A stretch of DNA of 64,000 nt from Eledone cirrhosa. Its lineage: Eukaryota. Position numbers and translations under genes: made by a program. Shown here one piece after another: positions 43,601 through 57,318 of the stretch (within the stretch, counting starts at the first letter, position 1; every line of letters begins with the position of its first letter). Location of the stretch: positions 39,122,001-39,186,000 of the forward strand of contig OZ024741.1 of assembly GCA_964016885.1 (NCBI GenBank), read 5' to 3'. The notes beneath the pieces were generated by a model, which was given only the letters and a program-made list of their open reading frames with translations, had not been told where the DNA came from and did no database searches.

Positions 43601-46600
43601 TGGTAGTGGTCATTGTGATGGTGTCATTGTTGTTGTTGGTGGTGGTGGTGATGGCGGTAGTGGTCATTGTGATGGTGTCATTGTTGTTGTTGTTGGTGGT
43701 GGTGATGGTGGTAGTGGTCATTGTGATGGTGTCATTGTTGTTGTTGGTGGTGGTGGTGATGGTGGTAGTGGTCATTGTGATGGTGTCATTGTTGTTGTTG
43801 GTGGTGGTGGTGATGGTGGTAGTGGTCATTGTGATGGTATCATTGCTGTTGTTGGTGGTGGTGGTGATGGCGGTAGTGGTCATTGTGATGGTGTCATTGT
43901 TGTTGTTGGTGGTGGTGGTGATGGTGGTAGTGGTCATTGTGATGGTATCATTGCTGTTGTTGGTGGTGGTGGTGATGGTGGTAGTGGTCATTGTGATGGT
44001 ATCATTGCTGTTGTTGGTGGTGGTGGTGATGGTGGTAGTGGTCATTGTGATGGTATCATTGCTGTTATTGGAGGTTGTGGTGATGGCGGTAGTGGTCATT
44101 GTGATGGTGTCATTGTTGTTGTTGGTGGTGGTGGTGATGGCGGTAGTGGTCATTGTGATGGTGTCATTGTTGTTGTTGGTGGTGGTGGTGATGGTGGTAG
44201 TGGTCATTGTGATGGTGTCATTGTTGTTGTTGTTGGTGGTGGTGATGGTGGTAGTGGTCATTGTGATGGTGTTATTGCTGTTGTTGGTGGTGGTGGTGAT
44301 GGTGGTAGTGGTCATTGTGATGGTGTCATTGCTGTTGTTGGTGGTGGTGGTGATGGTGGTAGTGGTCATTGTGATGGTATCATTGCTGTTGTTGGTGGTG
44401 GTGATGATGGTGGTAGTGGTCATTGTGATGGTGTCATTGTTGTTGTTGGTGGTGGTGGTGATGGTGGTAGTGGTCATTGTGATGGTGTCATTGCTGTTGT
44501 TGGTGGTGGTGGTGATGGTGGTAGTGGTCATTGTGATGGTGTCATTGTTGTTGTTGGTGGTGGTGGTGATGGTGGTAGTGGTCATTGTGATGGTGTCATT
44601 GCTGTTGTTGGTGGTGGTGGTGATGGTGGTAGTGGTCATTGTGATGGTGTCATTGTTGTTGTTGGTGGTGGTGGTGATGGTGGTAGTGGTCATTGTGATG
44701 GTGTCATTGTTGTTGTTGTTGGTGGTGGTGATGGTGGTAGTGGTCATTGTGATGGTATCATTGCTGTTGTTGGTGGTGGTGGTGATGGTGGTAGTGGTCA
44801 TTGTGATGGTGTTATTGCTGTTGTTGGTGGTGGTGGTGATGGTGGTAGTGGTCATTGTGATGGTGTTATTGCTGTTGTTGGTGGTGGTGGTGATGGTGGT
44901 AGTGGTCATTGTGATGGTGTTATTGCTGTTGTTGGTGGTGGTGGTGATGGTGGTAGTGGTCATTGTGATGGTGTCATTGTTGTTGTTGGTGGTGGTGGTG
45001 ATGGTGGTAGTGGTCATTGTGATGGTGTCATTGTTGTTGTTGGTGGTGGTGGTGATGGTGGTAGTGGTCATTGTGATGGTGTCATTGTTGTTGTTGGTGG
45101 TGGTGGTGATGGTGGTAGTGGTCATTGTGATGGTGTCATTGTTGTTGTTGGTGGTGGTGGTGATGGTGGTAGTGGTCATTGTGATGGTGTCATTGTTGTT
45201 GTTGGTGGTGGTGGTGATGGTGGTAGTGGTCATTGTGATGGTGTCATTGTTGTTGTTGGTGGTGGTGGTGATGGTGGTAGTGGTCATTGTGATGGTGTCA
45301 TTGTTGTTGTTGGTGGTGGTGGTGATGGTGGTAGTGGTCATTGTGATGGTGTCATTGTTGTTGTTGGTGGTGGTGGTGATGGTGGTAGTGGTCATTGTGA
45401 TGGTGTCATTGTTGTTGTTGGTGGTGGTGGTGATGGTGGTAGTGGTCATTGTGATGGTGTCATTGTTGTTGTTGGTGGTGGTGGTGATGGTGGTAGTGGT
45501 CATTGTGATGGTGTCATTGTTGTTGTTGGTGGTGGTGGTGATGGTGGTAGTGGTCATTGTGATGGTGTCATTGTTGTTGTTGGTGGTGGTGGTGATGGTG
45601 GTAGTGGTCATTGTGATGGTGTCATTGCTGTTGTTGGTGGTGGTGGTGATGGCGGTAGTGGTCATTGTGATGGTGTCATTGTTGTTATTGGTGGTGGTGG
45701 TGATGGCGGTAGTGGTCATTGTGATGGTGTCATTGCTGTTGTTGGTGGTGGTGGTGATGGTGGTAGTGGTCATTGTGATGGTATCATTGGTGTTATTGGT
45801 GGTGGTGGTGATGGTGGTAGTGGTCATAGTGATGGTGTCATTGTTGTTGTTGGTGGTGGTGGTGATGGCGGTAGTGGTCATTGTGATGGTGTCATTGCTG
45901 TTGTTGATGGTGGTGGTGATGGTGGTAGTGGTCATTGTGATGGTATCAATGCTGTTGTTGGTGGTGGTGGTGATGGCGGTAGTGGTCATTGTGATGGTAT
46001 CATTGCTGTTGTTGTTGGTGGTGGTGATGGCGGTAGTGGTCATTGTGATGGTATCATTGCTGTTGTTGGTGGTGGTGGTGATGGTGGTAGTGGTCATTGT
46101 GATGGTATCATTGTTGTTGTTGGTGGTGGTGGTGATGGTGGTAGTGGTCATTGTGATGGTGTCATTGTTGTTGTTGGTGGTGGTGGTGATGGTGGTAGTG
46201 GTCATTGTGAAGGTATCATTGCTGTTGTTGGTGGTGGTGGTGATGGTGGTAGTGGTCATTGTGATGGTATCATTGCTGTTGTTGATGGTGGTGGTGATGG
46301 TGGTAGTGGTCATTGTGATGGTGTCATTGCTGTTGTTGGTGGTGGTGGTGATGGTTGTAGTGGTCATTGTGATGGTATCATTGTTGTTGTTGATGGTGGT
46401 GGTGATGGTGGTAGTGGTCATTGTGATGCTATCATTGCTGTTGTTGGTGGTGGTGGTGATGGTGGTAGTGGTCATTGTGATGGTATCATTGCTGTTGTTG
46501 ATGGTGGTGGTGATGGTGGTAGTGGTCATTGTGATGCTATCATTGCTGTTGTTGGTGGTGGTGGTGATGGTGGTAGTGGTCATTGTGATGGTGTCATTGC

Positions 46601-49600
46601 TGTTGTTGGTGGTGGTGGTGATGGTGGTAGTGGTCATTGTGATGGTATCTTGGTTGTTGTTGTTGGTGGTGGTGATGGTGGTAGTGGTCATTGTGATGGT
46701 GTCATTGCTGTTGTTGTTGGTGGTGGTGATGGTGGTAGTGGTCATTGTGATGGTATCATTGTTGTTGTTGGTATTGGTGGTGATGGCGGTAGTGGTCATT
46801 GTGATGGTGTCATTGCTGTTGTTGTTGGTGGTGGTGCTGGTGGTAGTGGTCATTGTGATGGTATCTTTGTTGTTGTTGTTGGTGGTGGTGCTGGTGGTAG
46901 TGGTCATTGTGATGGTATCATTGCTGTTGTTGATGGTGGTGGTGATGGTGGTAGTGGTCATTGTGATGGTGTCATTGCTGTTGTTGGTGGTGGTGGTGAT
47001 GGTTGTAGTGGTCATTGTGATGGTATCATTGCTGTTGTTGGTGGTGGTGGTGATGATGATAGTGGTCATTGTGATGGTATCATTGTTGTTGATGGTGGTG
47101 GTGATGGTGGTAGTGGTCATTGTGATGGTATCATTGCTGTTGTTGTTGGTGGTGGAGGTGATGGCGGTAGTGGTCATTGTGATGGTATCATTGCTGTTGT
47201 TGTTGGTGGTGGTGGTGATGGCGGTAGTGGTCATTGTGATGGTATCATTGCTGTTGTTGTTGGTGGTGGTGGTGATGGCGGTAGTGGTCATTGTGATGGT
47301 GTCATTGCTGTTGTTGTTGGTGGTGGTGGTGATGGCGGTAGTGGTCATTGTGATGGTATCATTGTTGTTGGTGGTGGTGGTGATGGTGGTAGTGGTCGTT
47401 GTGATGGTATCATTATTGTTGTTGGTGGTGGTGATGGCGGTAGTGGTCATCGTGATGGTGTCATTGTTGTTGTTGGTGGTGGTGGTGATGGTGGTAGTGG
47501 TCATTGTGATGGTGTCATTGTTGTTGTTGTTGGTGGTGGTGATGGTGGTAGTGGTCATTGTGATGGTGTCATTGTTGTTGTTGGTGGTGGTGGTGATGGT
47601 GGTAGTGGTCATTGTGATGGTGTCATTGTTGTTGTTGGTGGTGGTGGTGATGGTGGTAGTGGTCATTGTGATGGTGTCATTGTTGTTGTTGATGGTGGTG
47701 GTGATGGCGGTAGTGGTCATTGTGATGGTATCATTGTTGTTATTGGTGGTGGTGGTGATGGCGGTAGTGGTCATTGTGATGGTGTCATTGCTGTTGTTGG
47801 TGGTGGTGGTGATGGCGGTAGTGGTCATTGTGATGGTATCATTGCTGTTGTTGATGGTGGTGGTGATGGTGGTAGTGGTCATTGTGATGGTATCATTGCT
47901 GTTGTTGGTGGTGGTGGTGATGGCGGTAGTGGTCATTGTTATGGTATCATTGCTGTTGTTGATGGTGGTGGTGATGGTGGTAGTGGTCATTGTGATGGTA
48001 TAATTGCTGTTGTTGGTGGTGGTGGTGATGGTGGTAGTGGTCATTGTGATGGTGTCATTGCTGTTGTTGGTGGTGGTGGTGATGGTGGTAGTGGTCATTG
48101 TGATGGTGTTATTGCTGTTGTTGGTGGTGGTGGTGGTGATGGTGGTAGTGGTCATTGTGATGGTATCATTGCTGTTGTTGATGGTGGTGGTGATGGTGGT
48201 AGTGGTCATTGTGATGGTGTCATTGCTGTTGTTGGTGGTGGTGGTGATGGTGGTAGTGGTCATTGTGATGGTGTCATTGCTGTTGTTGGTGGTGGTGGTG
48301 ATGGTGGTAGTGGTCATTGTGATGGTATCTTTGTTGTTGTTGTTGGTGGTGGTGATGGTGGTAGTGGTCATTGTGATGGTATCATTGCTGTTGTTGGTGG
48401 TGGTGGTGATGGCGGTAGTGGTAATTGTGATGGTGTCATTGCTGTTGTTGGTGGTGGTGGTGATGGTGGTAGTGGTCATTGTGATGGTATCATTGTTGTT
48501 GTTGGTAGTGGTGGTGATGGCGGTAGTGGTCATTGTGATGGTGTCATTGCTGTTGTTGTTGGTGGTGGTGATGGCGGTAGTGGTCATTGTGATGGTATCT
48601 TTGTTGTTGTTGTTGGTGGTGGTGCTGGTGGTAGTGGTCATTGTGATGGTATCTTTGTTGTTGTTGTTGGTGGTGGTGCTGGTGGTAGTGGTCATTGTGA
48701 TGGTATCATTGCTGTTGTTGATGGTGGTGGTGATGGTGGTAGTGGTCACTGTGATGGTGTCATTGCTGTTGTTGGTGGTGGTGGTGATGGTTGTAGTGGT
48801 CATTGTGATGGTATCATTGCTGTTGTTGGTGGTGGTGGTGATGATGATAGTGGTCATTGTGATGGTATAATTGTTGTTGATGGTGGTGGTGATGGTGGTA
48901 GTGGTCATTGTGATGGTATCATTGCTGTTGTTGATGGTGGTGGTGATGGCGGTAGTGGTCATTGTGATGGTGTCATTGCTGTTGTTGTTGGTGGTGGTGG
49001 TGATGGCGGTAGTGGTCATTGTGATGGTATCATTGCTGTTGTTGTTGGTGGTGGTGGTGATGGCGGTAGTGGTCATTGTGATGGTGTCATTGCTGTTGTT
49101 GTTGGTGGTGGTGATGGTGGTAGTGGTCATTGTGATGGTGTCTTTGTTGTTGTTGGTGGTGGTGGTGATGGTGGTAGTGGTCATTGTGATGGTGTCATTG
49201 CTGTCGTTGGTGGTGGTGGTGATGGTGGTAGTGGTCATTGTGATGGTGTCTTTGTTGTTGTTGGTGGTGGTGGTGATGGCGGTAGTGGTCATTGTGATGG
49301 TATCATTGTTGTTGTTGGTGGTGGTGGTGATGGTTGTAGTGGTCATTGTGATGGTATCATTGCTGTTGTTGGTGGTGGTAGTGGTCATTGTGATGGTGTC
49401 ATTGTTGTTGTTGGTGGTGGTGGTGATGGTGGTAGTGGTCATTGTGATGGTGTCATTGCTGTTGTTGGTGGTGGTGGTGATGGTGGTAGTGGTCATTGTG
49501 ATGGTGTCTTTGTTGTTGTTGGTGGTGGTGGTGATGGCGGTAGTGGTCATTGTGATGGTGTCATTGCTGTTGTTGGTGGTGGTTGTGATGGTGGTAGTGG

Positions 49601-52170
49601 TCATTGTGATGGTGTCTTTGTTGTTGTTGGTGGTGGTGGTGATGGCGGTAGTGGTCATTGTGATGGTATCATTGTTGTTGTTGGTGGTGGTGGTGATGGT
49701 GGTAGTGGTCATTGTGATGGTGTCATTGCTGTTGTTGGTGGTGATGGTGGTAGTGGTCATTGTGATGGTGTCATTGTTGTTGTTGGTGGTGGTTGTGATG
49801 GTTGTAGTGGTTATTGTGATGGTGTCATTGTTGTTGTTTGTGGTGGTGGTGATGGTGTCATTGCTGTTGTTGGTGGTGGTGGTGATGGTGGTAGTGGTCA
49901 TTGTGATGGTGTCATTGTTGTTGTTGGTGGTGGTGGTGATGGTGTCATTGCTGTTGTTGGTGGTGGTGGTGATGGTGGTAGTGGTCATTGTGATGGTGTC
50001 ATTGCTGTTGTTGGTGGTGATGGTGGTAGTGGTCATTGTGATGGTGTCATTGCTGTTGTTGGTGGTGATGGTGGTAGTGGTCATTGTGATGGTGTCTTTG
50101 TTGTTGTTGATGGTGGTGGTGATGGTGGTAGTGGTCATTGTGATGGTATCATTGCTGTTGTTGGTGGTGGTGGTGATGATGGCGGTAGTGGTAATTGTGA
50201 TGGTGTCATTGTTGTTGTTGTTGGTGGTGGTGATGGTGGTAGTGGTCATTGTGATGGTGTCACTGTTGTTGTTGTTGGTGGTGATGATGGTGGTAGTGGT
50301 CATTGTGATGGTGTCATTGCTGTTGTTGGTGGTGGTGGTGATGGTGGTAGTGGTCATTGTGATGGTGTCATTGCTGTTGTTGATGGTGGTGGTGATGATG
50401 ATAGTGGTCATTGTGATGGTGTCATAGTTGTTGTTGGTGGTGGTGGTGCTGGTGGTAGTGGTCATTGTGATGGTGTCATTGCTGTTGTTGGTGGTGGTGG
50501 TGATGGCGGTAGTGGTCATTGTGATGGTATCATTGCTGTTGTTGGTGGTGGTGGTGATGGTGGTAGTGGTCATTGTGATGGTGTCATTGCTGTTATTGTT
50601 GGTGGTGGTGATGGTGGTAGTGGTCATTGTGATGGTGTCATTGCTGTTGTTGGTGGTGGTGGTGATGGTGGTAGTGGTCATTGTGATGGTGTCATTGCTG
50701 TTGTTGTTGGTGGTGGTGATGGCGGTAGTGGTCATTGTGATGGTATCATTGCTGTTGTTGGTGGTGGTGGTGATGGTGGTAGTGGTCATTGTGATGGTAT
50801 CATTGCTGTTGTTGGTGGTGGTGGTGATGGCGGTAGTGGTCATTGTGATGGTGTCATTGCTGTTGTTGTTGGTGGTGGTGATGGCGGTAGTGGTCATTGT
50901 GATGGTATCATTGCTGTTGTTGGTGGTGGTGGTGATGGCGGTAGTGGTCATTGTGATGGTATCATTGCTGTTGTTGGTGGTGGTGGTGATGGTGGTAGTG
51001 GTCATTGTGATGGTGTCATTGCTGTTATTGTTGGTGGTGGTGATGGTGGTAGTGGTCATTGTGATGGTGTCATTGCTGTTGTTGGTGGTGGTGGTGATGG
51101 TGGTAGTGGTCATTGTGATGGTGTCATTGCTGTTGTTGTTGGTGGTGGTGATGGCGGTAGTGGTCATTGTGATGGTATCATTGCTGTTGTTGGTGGTGGT
51201 GGTGATGGTGGTAGTGGTCATTGTGATGGTATCATTGCTGTTGTTGGTGGTGGTGGTGATGGCGGTAGTGGTCATTGTGATGGTGTCATTGCTGTTGTTG
51301 TTGGTGGTGGTGATGGCGGTAGTGGTCATTGTGATGGTATCATTGCTGTTGTTGGTGGTGGTGGTGATGGCGGTAGTGGTCATTGTGATGGTGTCATTGC
51401 TGTTATTGGTGGTTGTGGTGATGGTGGTAGTGGTCATTGTGATGGTATCATTGCTGTTGTTGATGGTGGTGGTGATGGTGGTAGTGGTCATTGTGATGGT
51501 GTCATTGCTGTTGTTGGTGGTGGTGGTGATGGCGGTAGTGGTCATTGTGATGGTGTCATTGCTGTTATTGGTGGTTGTGGTGATGGTGGTAGTGGTCATT
51601 GTGATGGTGTCATTGTTGTTATTGGTGGTGGTGGTGATGGCGGTAGTGGTCATTGTGATGGTGTCATTGCTGTTATTGGTGGTGGTGGTGATGGCGGTAG
51701 TGGTCATTGTGATGGTATCATTGCTGTTGTTGGTGGTGGTGGTGATGGTGGTAGTGGTCATTGTGATGGTATCATTGCTGTTGTTGGTGGTGGTGGTGAT
51801 GGTGGTAGTGGTCATTGTGATGGTATCATTGCTGTTGTTGATGGTGGTGGTGATGATGATAGTGGTCATTGTGATGGTGTCATTGCTGTTGTTGGTGGTG
51901 GTGGTGATGGCGGTAGTGGTCATTGTGATGGTGTCATTGCTGTTGTTGGTGGTGGTGGTGATGGCGGTAGTGGTCATTGTGATGGTATCATTGTTGTTGG
52001 TGGTGGTGGTGATGGCGTTAGTGGTCATTGTGATGCTATCATTGCTGTTGTTGGTGGTGGTGGTGATGGTGGTAGTGGTCATTGTGATGGTGTCATTGCT
52101 GTTATTGGTGGTGGTGGTGATGGTGATAACGGTCGTGGTAGTTGTGATGGTGTCGTTGCTGTCGTGGTGG
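40671..52170. repeat. 11.5-kb 51-bp GT-rich satellite, roughly 225 copies
   Basis: Unit ggtgatggtggtagtggtcattgtgatggtgtcattgttgttgttggtggt; 17-aa period in the ORF track. Confidence 0.97.
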
Positions 52171-52669
52171 TGATTGGACGACCCGGGTGCTTGACTGGTG
52201 CTTTGTTTTATTGACCCCAGAGGAATGATTGAGAAAGTTGGCCCCAGCAGGAAAAACTCAGAATGTTAAAGAGCCAGAACAAATACTGGTAAACATTTGA
52301 CCCACTATGCTCTACCGATTCTGCCAATCTACTGCCCTCTAAAAAGCCAATAATAATAAAAATAATTGTTCCTACTTTAGGCACAAGGCCAGTAATATTG
52401 GGGGAGGGAAAAATCGATTAAATGGACCCCATTGCATTACTGGTACTTAATGTTATCGACCCGGCCGTGGTGGTTGTGATGGTATCGTTGCTTTTGTTGT
52501 TGGTGATAATGGCAATAACGGCCGTGGTGGGTTTGATGATGTCGTTGATTTTGTTGTTGTTGTTGTTGTTGTTGTCAGTGGTGGTGGTGATGGCAGCAGC
52601 GTTGGTTGCAGAATTGGTTGTGGTAGTGATGCTGGTGGTTGTGGTGGTGGTTGTGTTGATGTTGGTGTT

Positions 52670-53558
52670 GTTGTTGGTGGCAGTGGTGGTAGTGGTGATG
52701 GTGGCAGGGGTAATAGTGGCAGTATTGGTGGTAGTGGTGGTAGTGGTGATGGTGGCAGAGGTAATAGTGGCAGTAGTGGTGGTAGTGGTGGTAGTGGTGA
52801 TGGTGGCAGAGGTAATAGTGACAGTAGTGGTGGTAGTGGTGGTAGTGGTGATGGTGGCAGAGGTAATAGTGGCAGTAGTGGTGGTAGTAGTGGTAGTGGT
52901 GATGGTGGCAGAGGTAATAGTGGCAGTAGTGGTGGTAGTGGTGGTAGTGGTGATGGTGGCAGAGGTAATAGTGACAGTAGTGGTGGTAGTGGTGGTAGTG
53001 GTGATGGTGGCAGAGGTAATAGTGGCAGTAGTGGTGGTAGTGGTGGTAGTGGTGATGGTGGCAGAGGTAATAGTGGCAGTAGTGGTGGTAGTGGTGGTAG
53101 TGGTGATGGTGGCAGAGGTAATAGTGGCAGTAGTGGTGGTAGTGGTGGTAGTGGTGATGGTGGCAGACGTAATAGTGGCAGTAGTGGTGGAAGTGGTGGT
53201 AGTGGTGATGGTGGCAGGGGTAATTCTGGCCGTGTGGTAGTAGTGGTGGTAGTGGTGATGGTGGCAGTAGTGGTGGTAGTGGTGGTAGTGGTGATGGTGG
53301 CAGGGGTAATAGTGGCCGTGTGGTAGTAGTGGTGGTAGTGGTGATGGTGGCAGACGTAATAGTGGCAGTAGTGGTGGAAGTGGTGGTAGTGGTGATGGTG
53401 GCAAGGGTAATAGTGGCAGTAGTGGTGGAAGTGGTGATGGTGGCAGGGGTAATAGTGGCAGTAGTGGCGGTAGTGGTGATGGTGGCAGGGGTAATAGTGG
53501 CAGTAGTGGCGGTAGTGGTGATGGTGGCAAGGGTAATAGTGACCGTGTGGTAGTGGTA
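52670..53558. repeat. Second 51-bp GT-rich minisatellite
   Basis: Unit gtggtgatggtggcagaggtaatagtggcagtagtggtggtagtggtggta; atggtggcagag at 52749 and 52800. Confidence 0.9.
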
Positions 53559-53823
53559 GAATGAAGAAAGCCGCCTCCGTCTCCCACCGCCTAAAAATAA
53601 AACATGTCTTCTAATGAGTAAAACAGAAGAAATGTTGAAGAAATTAATGACGGTGTTGGTCAAACGGTCATCTTTATGGAGGAAATAAACTGACTGAGAA
53701 TAACTACGTCTTCTCTCCACATAAACATGTCACTTGATAAGACTAGTTCAGTTTTATGGACAAAATGGTTGTGCTGTGCCCCCCCCCTCTCATTCTCATT
53801 CTCATTCTCTCATTTCTCTACAC

Positions 53824-53857
<34 letters not shown>

Positions 53858-53937
53858 TTGTGTGTGTGTGTATCTGTATGTATATGTGTATGTATGTGTG
53901 TGTATATATTTGTATATATGTAAGTGTATATATACAG

Positions 53938-53971
<34 letters not shown>

Positions 53972-53988
53972 CGTGTGTGTGTGCGCGC

Positions 53989-54062
<74 letters not shown>

Positions 54063-54205
54063 ATATATATATATATATGTGTGTATATATATATATATAT
54101 ATCATCGTCATCATCATCATCACCGTTTTACATCCGTTCTTCCACGCTAGCATGGGTTAGACGGAAAATAGCACTTATTGCGACCACAATATATATATAT
54201 ATATA

Positions 54206-54248
<43 letters not shown>

Positions 54249-54299
54249 CACATTCTATCTCCCTCACCCCTTCACCCATGAATCTCCCCTGTGTGTGTG

Positions 54300-54362
<63 letters not shown>

Positions 54363-54663
54363 CTATGGATATAAGAGTAAAGTTGGGTGTGTTTTGAGGA
54401 TGCGCACGCGTGTGTGTATTTGTGTTTGAATGTGTCTGTATTAGTGTATAAATGAAACTTTGTGTGGTGACACCTGCTGCTAGAAACTGGAATCAAATCT
54501 CTCTCAAATAACACCCTAACTTCATACATAAAAGAAGGCCCAATAGAATAACAAAAGCCCGCCAGAGGAAGGAGCCCCACAAGGTGGCTGTTGCCGCGGG
54601 TTTCGCTGGCCATTGTCTGCAGCAATGCTTTTGCCATTTTGTTCGTGAGACGCAGCCGAACCA

Positions 54664-55621
54664 TCACTCTGACTTGGGTGTAGAGTCTGTCACACTCCAC
54701 TCTGACTTGGGTGTAGAATCTGTCACACTCCACTCTGACTTGGGTGTAGCGTCTGTCACACTCCACTCTGACTTGGTAGTAGAGTCTGTCACACTCCACT
54801 CTGACTTGGGTGTAGAGTCTGTCACACTCCACTCTGACTTGGGTGTAGAATCTGTCACACTCCACTCTGACTTGGGTGTAGCGTCTGTCACGCTCCACTC
54901 TGACTTGGTAGTAGAGTCTGTCACACTCCACTCTGACTTGGGTGTAGAGTCTGTCACACTCCACTCTGACTTGGGTGTAGCGTCTGTCACACTCCACTCT
55001 GACTTGGGTGTAGAGTCTGTCACGCTCCACGCTGATTTGGGTGGAGAGTCTGTCACACTCCACTCTGACTTGGGTGTAGCGTCTGTCACACTCCACTCTA
55101 ACTTGGGTGTAGAGTCTGTCACGCTCCACGCTGATTTGGGTGGAGAGTCTGTCACACTCCACTCTGACTTGGGTGTAGCGTCTGTCACACTCCACTCTAA
55201 CTTGGGTGTAGAGTCTGTCACGCTCCACGCTGATTTGGGTGGAGAGTCTGTCACACTCCACTCTGACTTGGGTGTAGCGTCTGTCACACTCCACTCTGAC
55301 TTGGGTGTAGAGTCTGTCACACTTCACTCTGACTTGGGTGTAGCGTCTGTCACACTCCACTCTAACTTGGGTGTAGAGTCTGCCACACTCCACCCTGACT
55401 TGGGTGTAGAGTCTGTCACGCTCCACGCTGATTTGGGTGGAGAGTCTGTCACACTCCACTCTGACTTGGGTGTAGCGTCTGTCACACTTCACTCTGACTT
55501 GGGTGGAGAGTCTGTCACACTCCACCCTGACTTGGGTGTAGAGTCTGTCACGCTCCACGCTGATTTGGGTGGAGAGACTGTCACACTCCACTCTGACTTG
55601 GGTGTAGCGTCTGTCACACTC
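54664..55621. repeat. 33-bp minisatellite, about 29 copies, with higher-order variant pattern
   Basis: Unit cactctgacttgggtgtagagtctgtcacactc; 11-aa period. Confidence 0.95.
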
Positions 55622-55839
55622 CCTCATTCCCCCTTTTCTTTCGTTGCTTAATAATCCTGGACCTTTCTCTCCCTTTCCTCTCATTTATAGTCTTTCCGAT
55701 GCTACTTTCTTTTTCTCTATGTTTGACTAAATATTAAATTGTTATCATATAACTTTATCCTAGAAATAAAGAAATAATAGACAAACTATTACAAAACTGT
55801 CTACAACAATCATATATATATGCCTGAATGTCTAGAACG

Positions 55840-55997
<158 letters not shown>

Positions 55998-56291
55998 GTA
56001 TATATATATATATATATACATGGAAAGTTATATTTAAAATTGTTGGGTTACAACTAGTAAATATTTATAACTGATATAAAAGCACTCGACAAATATTTGG
56101 AGTATATTTACAATATTAAATAAATGGAAACTATATTTATAAAACCATATTTATTTCATTATATATATTTCGGGGATATCATATTAACAATATGCTATGC
56201 CTTCCTCAGACAAAATACAATATAAACAGTTTTATAGATAAATAGATTCGACATACCGTTATAACACCGACTTCCATTTGAAGAGGTTTAA

Positions 56292-56696
56292 TGTCCGTTG
56301 GGTAACAACTGCTTGGTTAAAGGTATAGTATACAATTGTGATGTTGATACTGACTCTAATTCTTTTAACTACGTCGGTTCCACATCGACGGAGTTTGGGC
56401 TTCGCTGTAGTGACCACAAGGATTCTTTCGCGGATCCAGGTAGGGGGTCTTCAACGGCACTGTCAGGCGTGCTCTGGCGGCTTGGGCTAGATGGCGTTGG
56501 ATATTCGACGGCTTGGGGTGTGGTCTCAAGAGGGATTCCTTTTGGTTCATCCTCTGAGACATGTGGCCTCTGCGCAGGGGGGATATTCTTTGTGCTAAAA
56601 TCTAGGGGTTCCCTTAGCCTGCGGACAAATTTATTCAGTTGTTGCAGACATGGATTGAACTCGACGTTTGGGTATAAATTTAAATTTAGGGTGTAG
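56292..56696 (+). pseudogene. Penelope-type GIY-YIG endonuclease C-terminal fragment, apparently A-to-G hypermutated
   Basis: CPL...C...IVY...YVGST...F.LR...H..SF...LS..LW.L...W...C.LC...CRH. Confidence 0.85.
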
Positions 56697-57287
56697 TATA
56701 TTTAGTTTGATTTATGTTTGTATGGGAAACTGGCCGATAAATTTTTGATTCCTAAATTTTTGATTCCTTCTTTTTATTCTTTTTTTATTGTTTATTTTTA
56801 TTTTATTTTTATTTTTATTTAAACATTCCTCATGAAGGATTGAGCTGCCCTAAAAGCTGATGCTCCAAATTTTTTGAATAAACCTTACACTGGATAAACT
56901 TCTATATTAAATGTAAGAACATATGTAGACCAATTTGGACACCATAGACTTTTTGAAATGATCTTTGCTAGATGTGATTTGATAGATAATGTTTGGCTTT
57001 GTCTTGTAGTGAACTTGGCGGTATGTTGTCAGTTGGCTTTGAGGGGTTGATCTTTGTGGTTTATTTTTATTTTTATTTTTTATTATTGTAGTATTTTATA
57101 ATATTTTTTATTTTTTATTTTTATTTTTAATATCTTTAATATGTAAATTTTTAATACGTAATATTTTTTAATACGTAATATTTTTAATATGTAATATTTT
57201 TATGTAATATTCTTTCGTAATATTTTTTTAGTTTTTTTAGTTTTCTAGTTTATTATTACTTATGTTTACTTATTATTATTATTGTTA

Positions 57288-57318
<31 letters not shown>

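Noticed and set aside
40638-52214. 3800-aa mucin-like (T/N-rich) and Gly-rich ORFs
   Set aside because: Triplet-derived 51-bp satellite open on both strands; begins inside a SINE; no signal peptide or unique flanking domain
53540-54686. Possible minus-strand exons at ~54581-54686 and ~53545-53590
   Set aside because: Weak donors, no pyrimidine tract for the first, and no recognisable peptide; may be regulatory DNA
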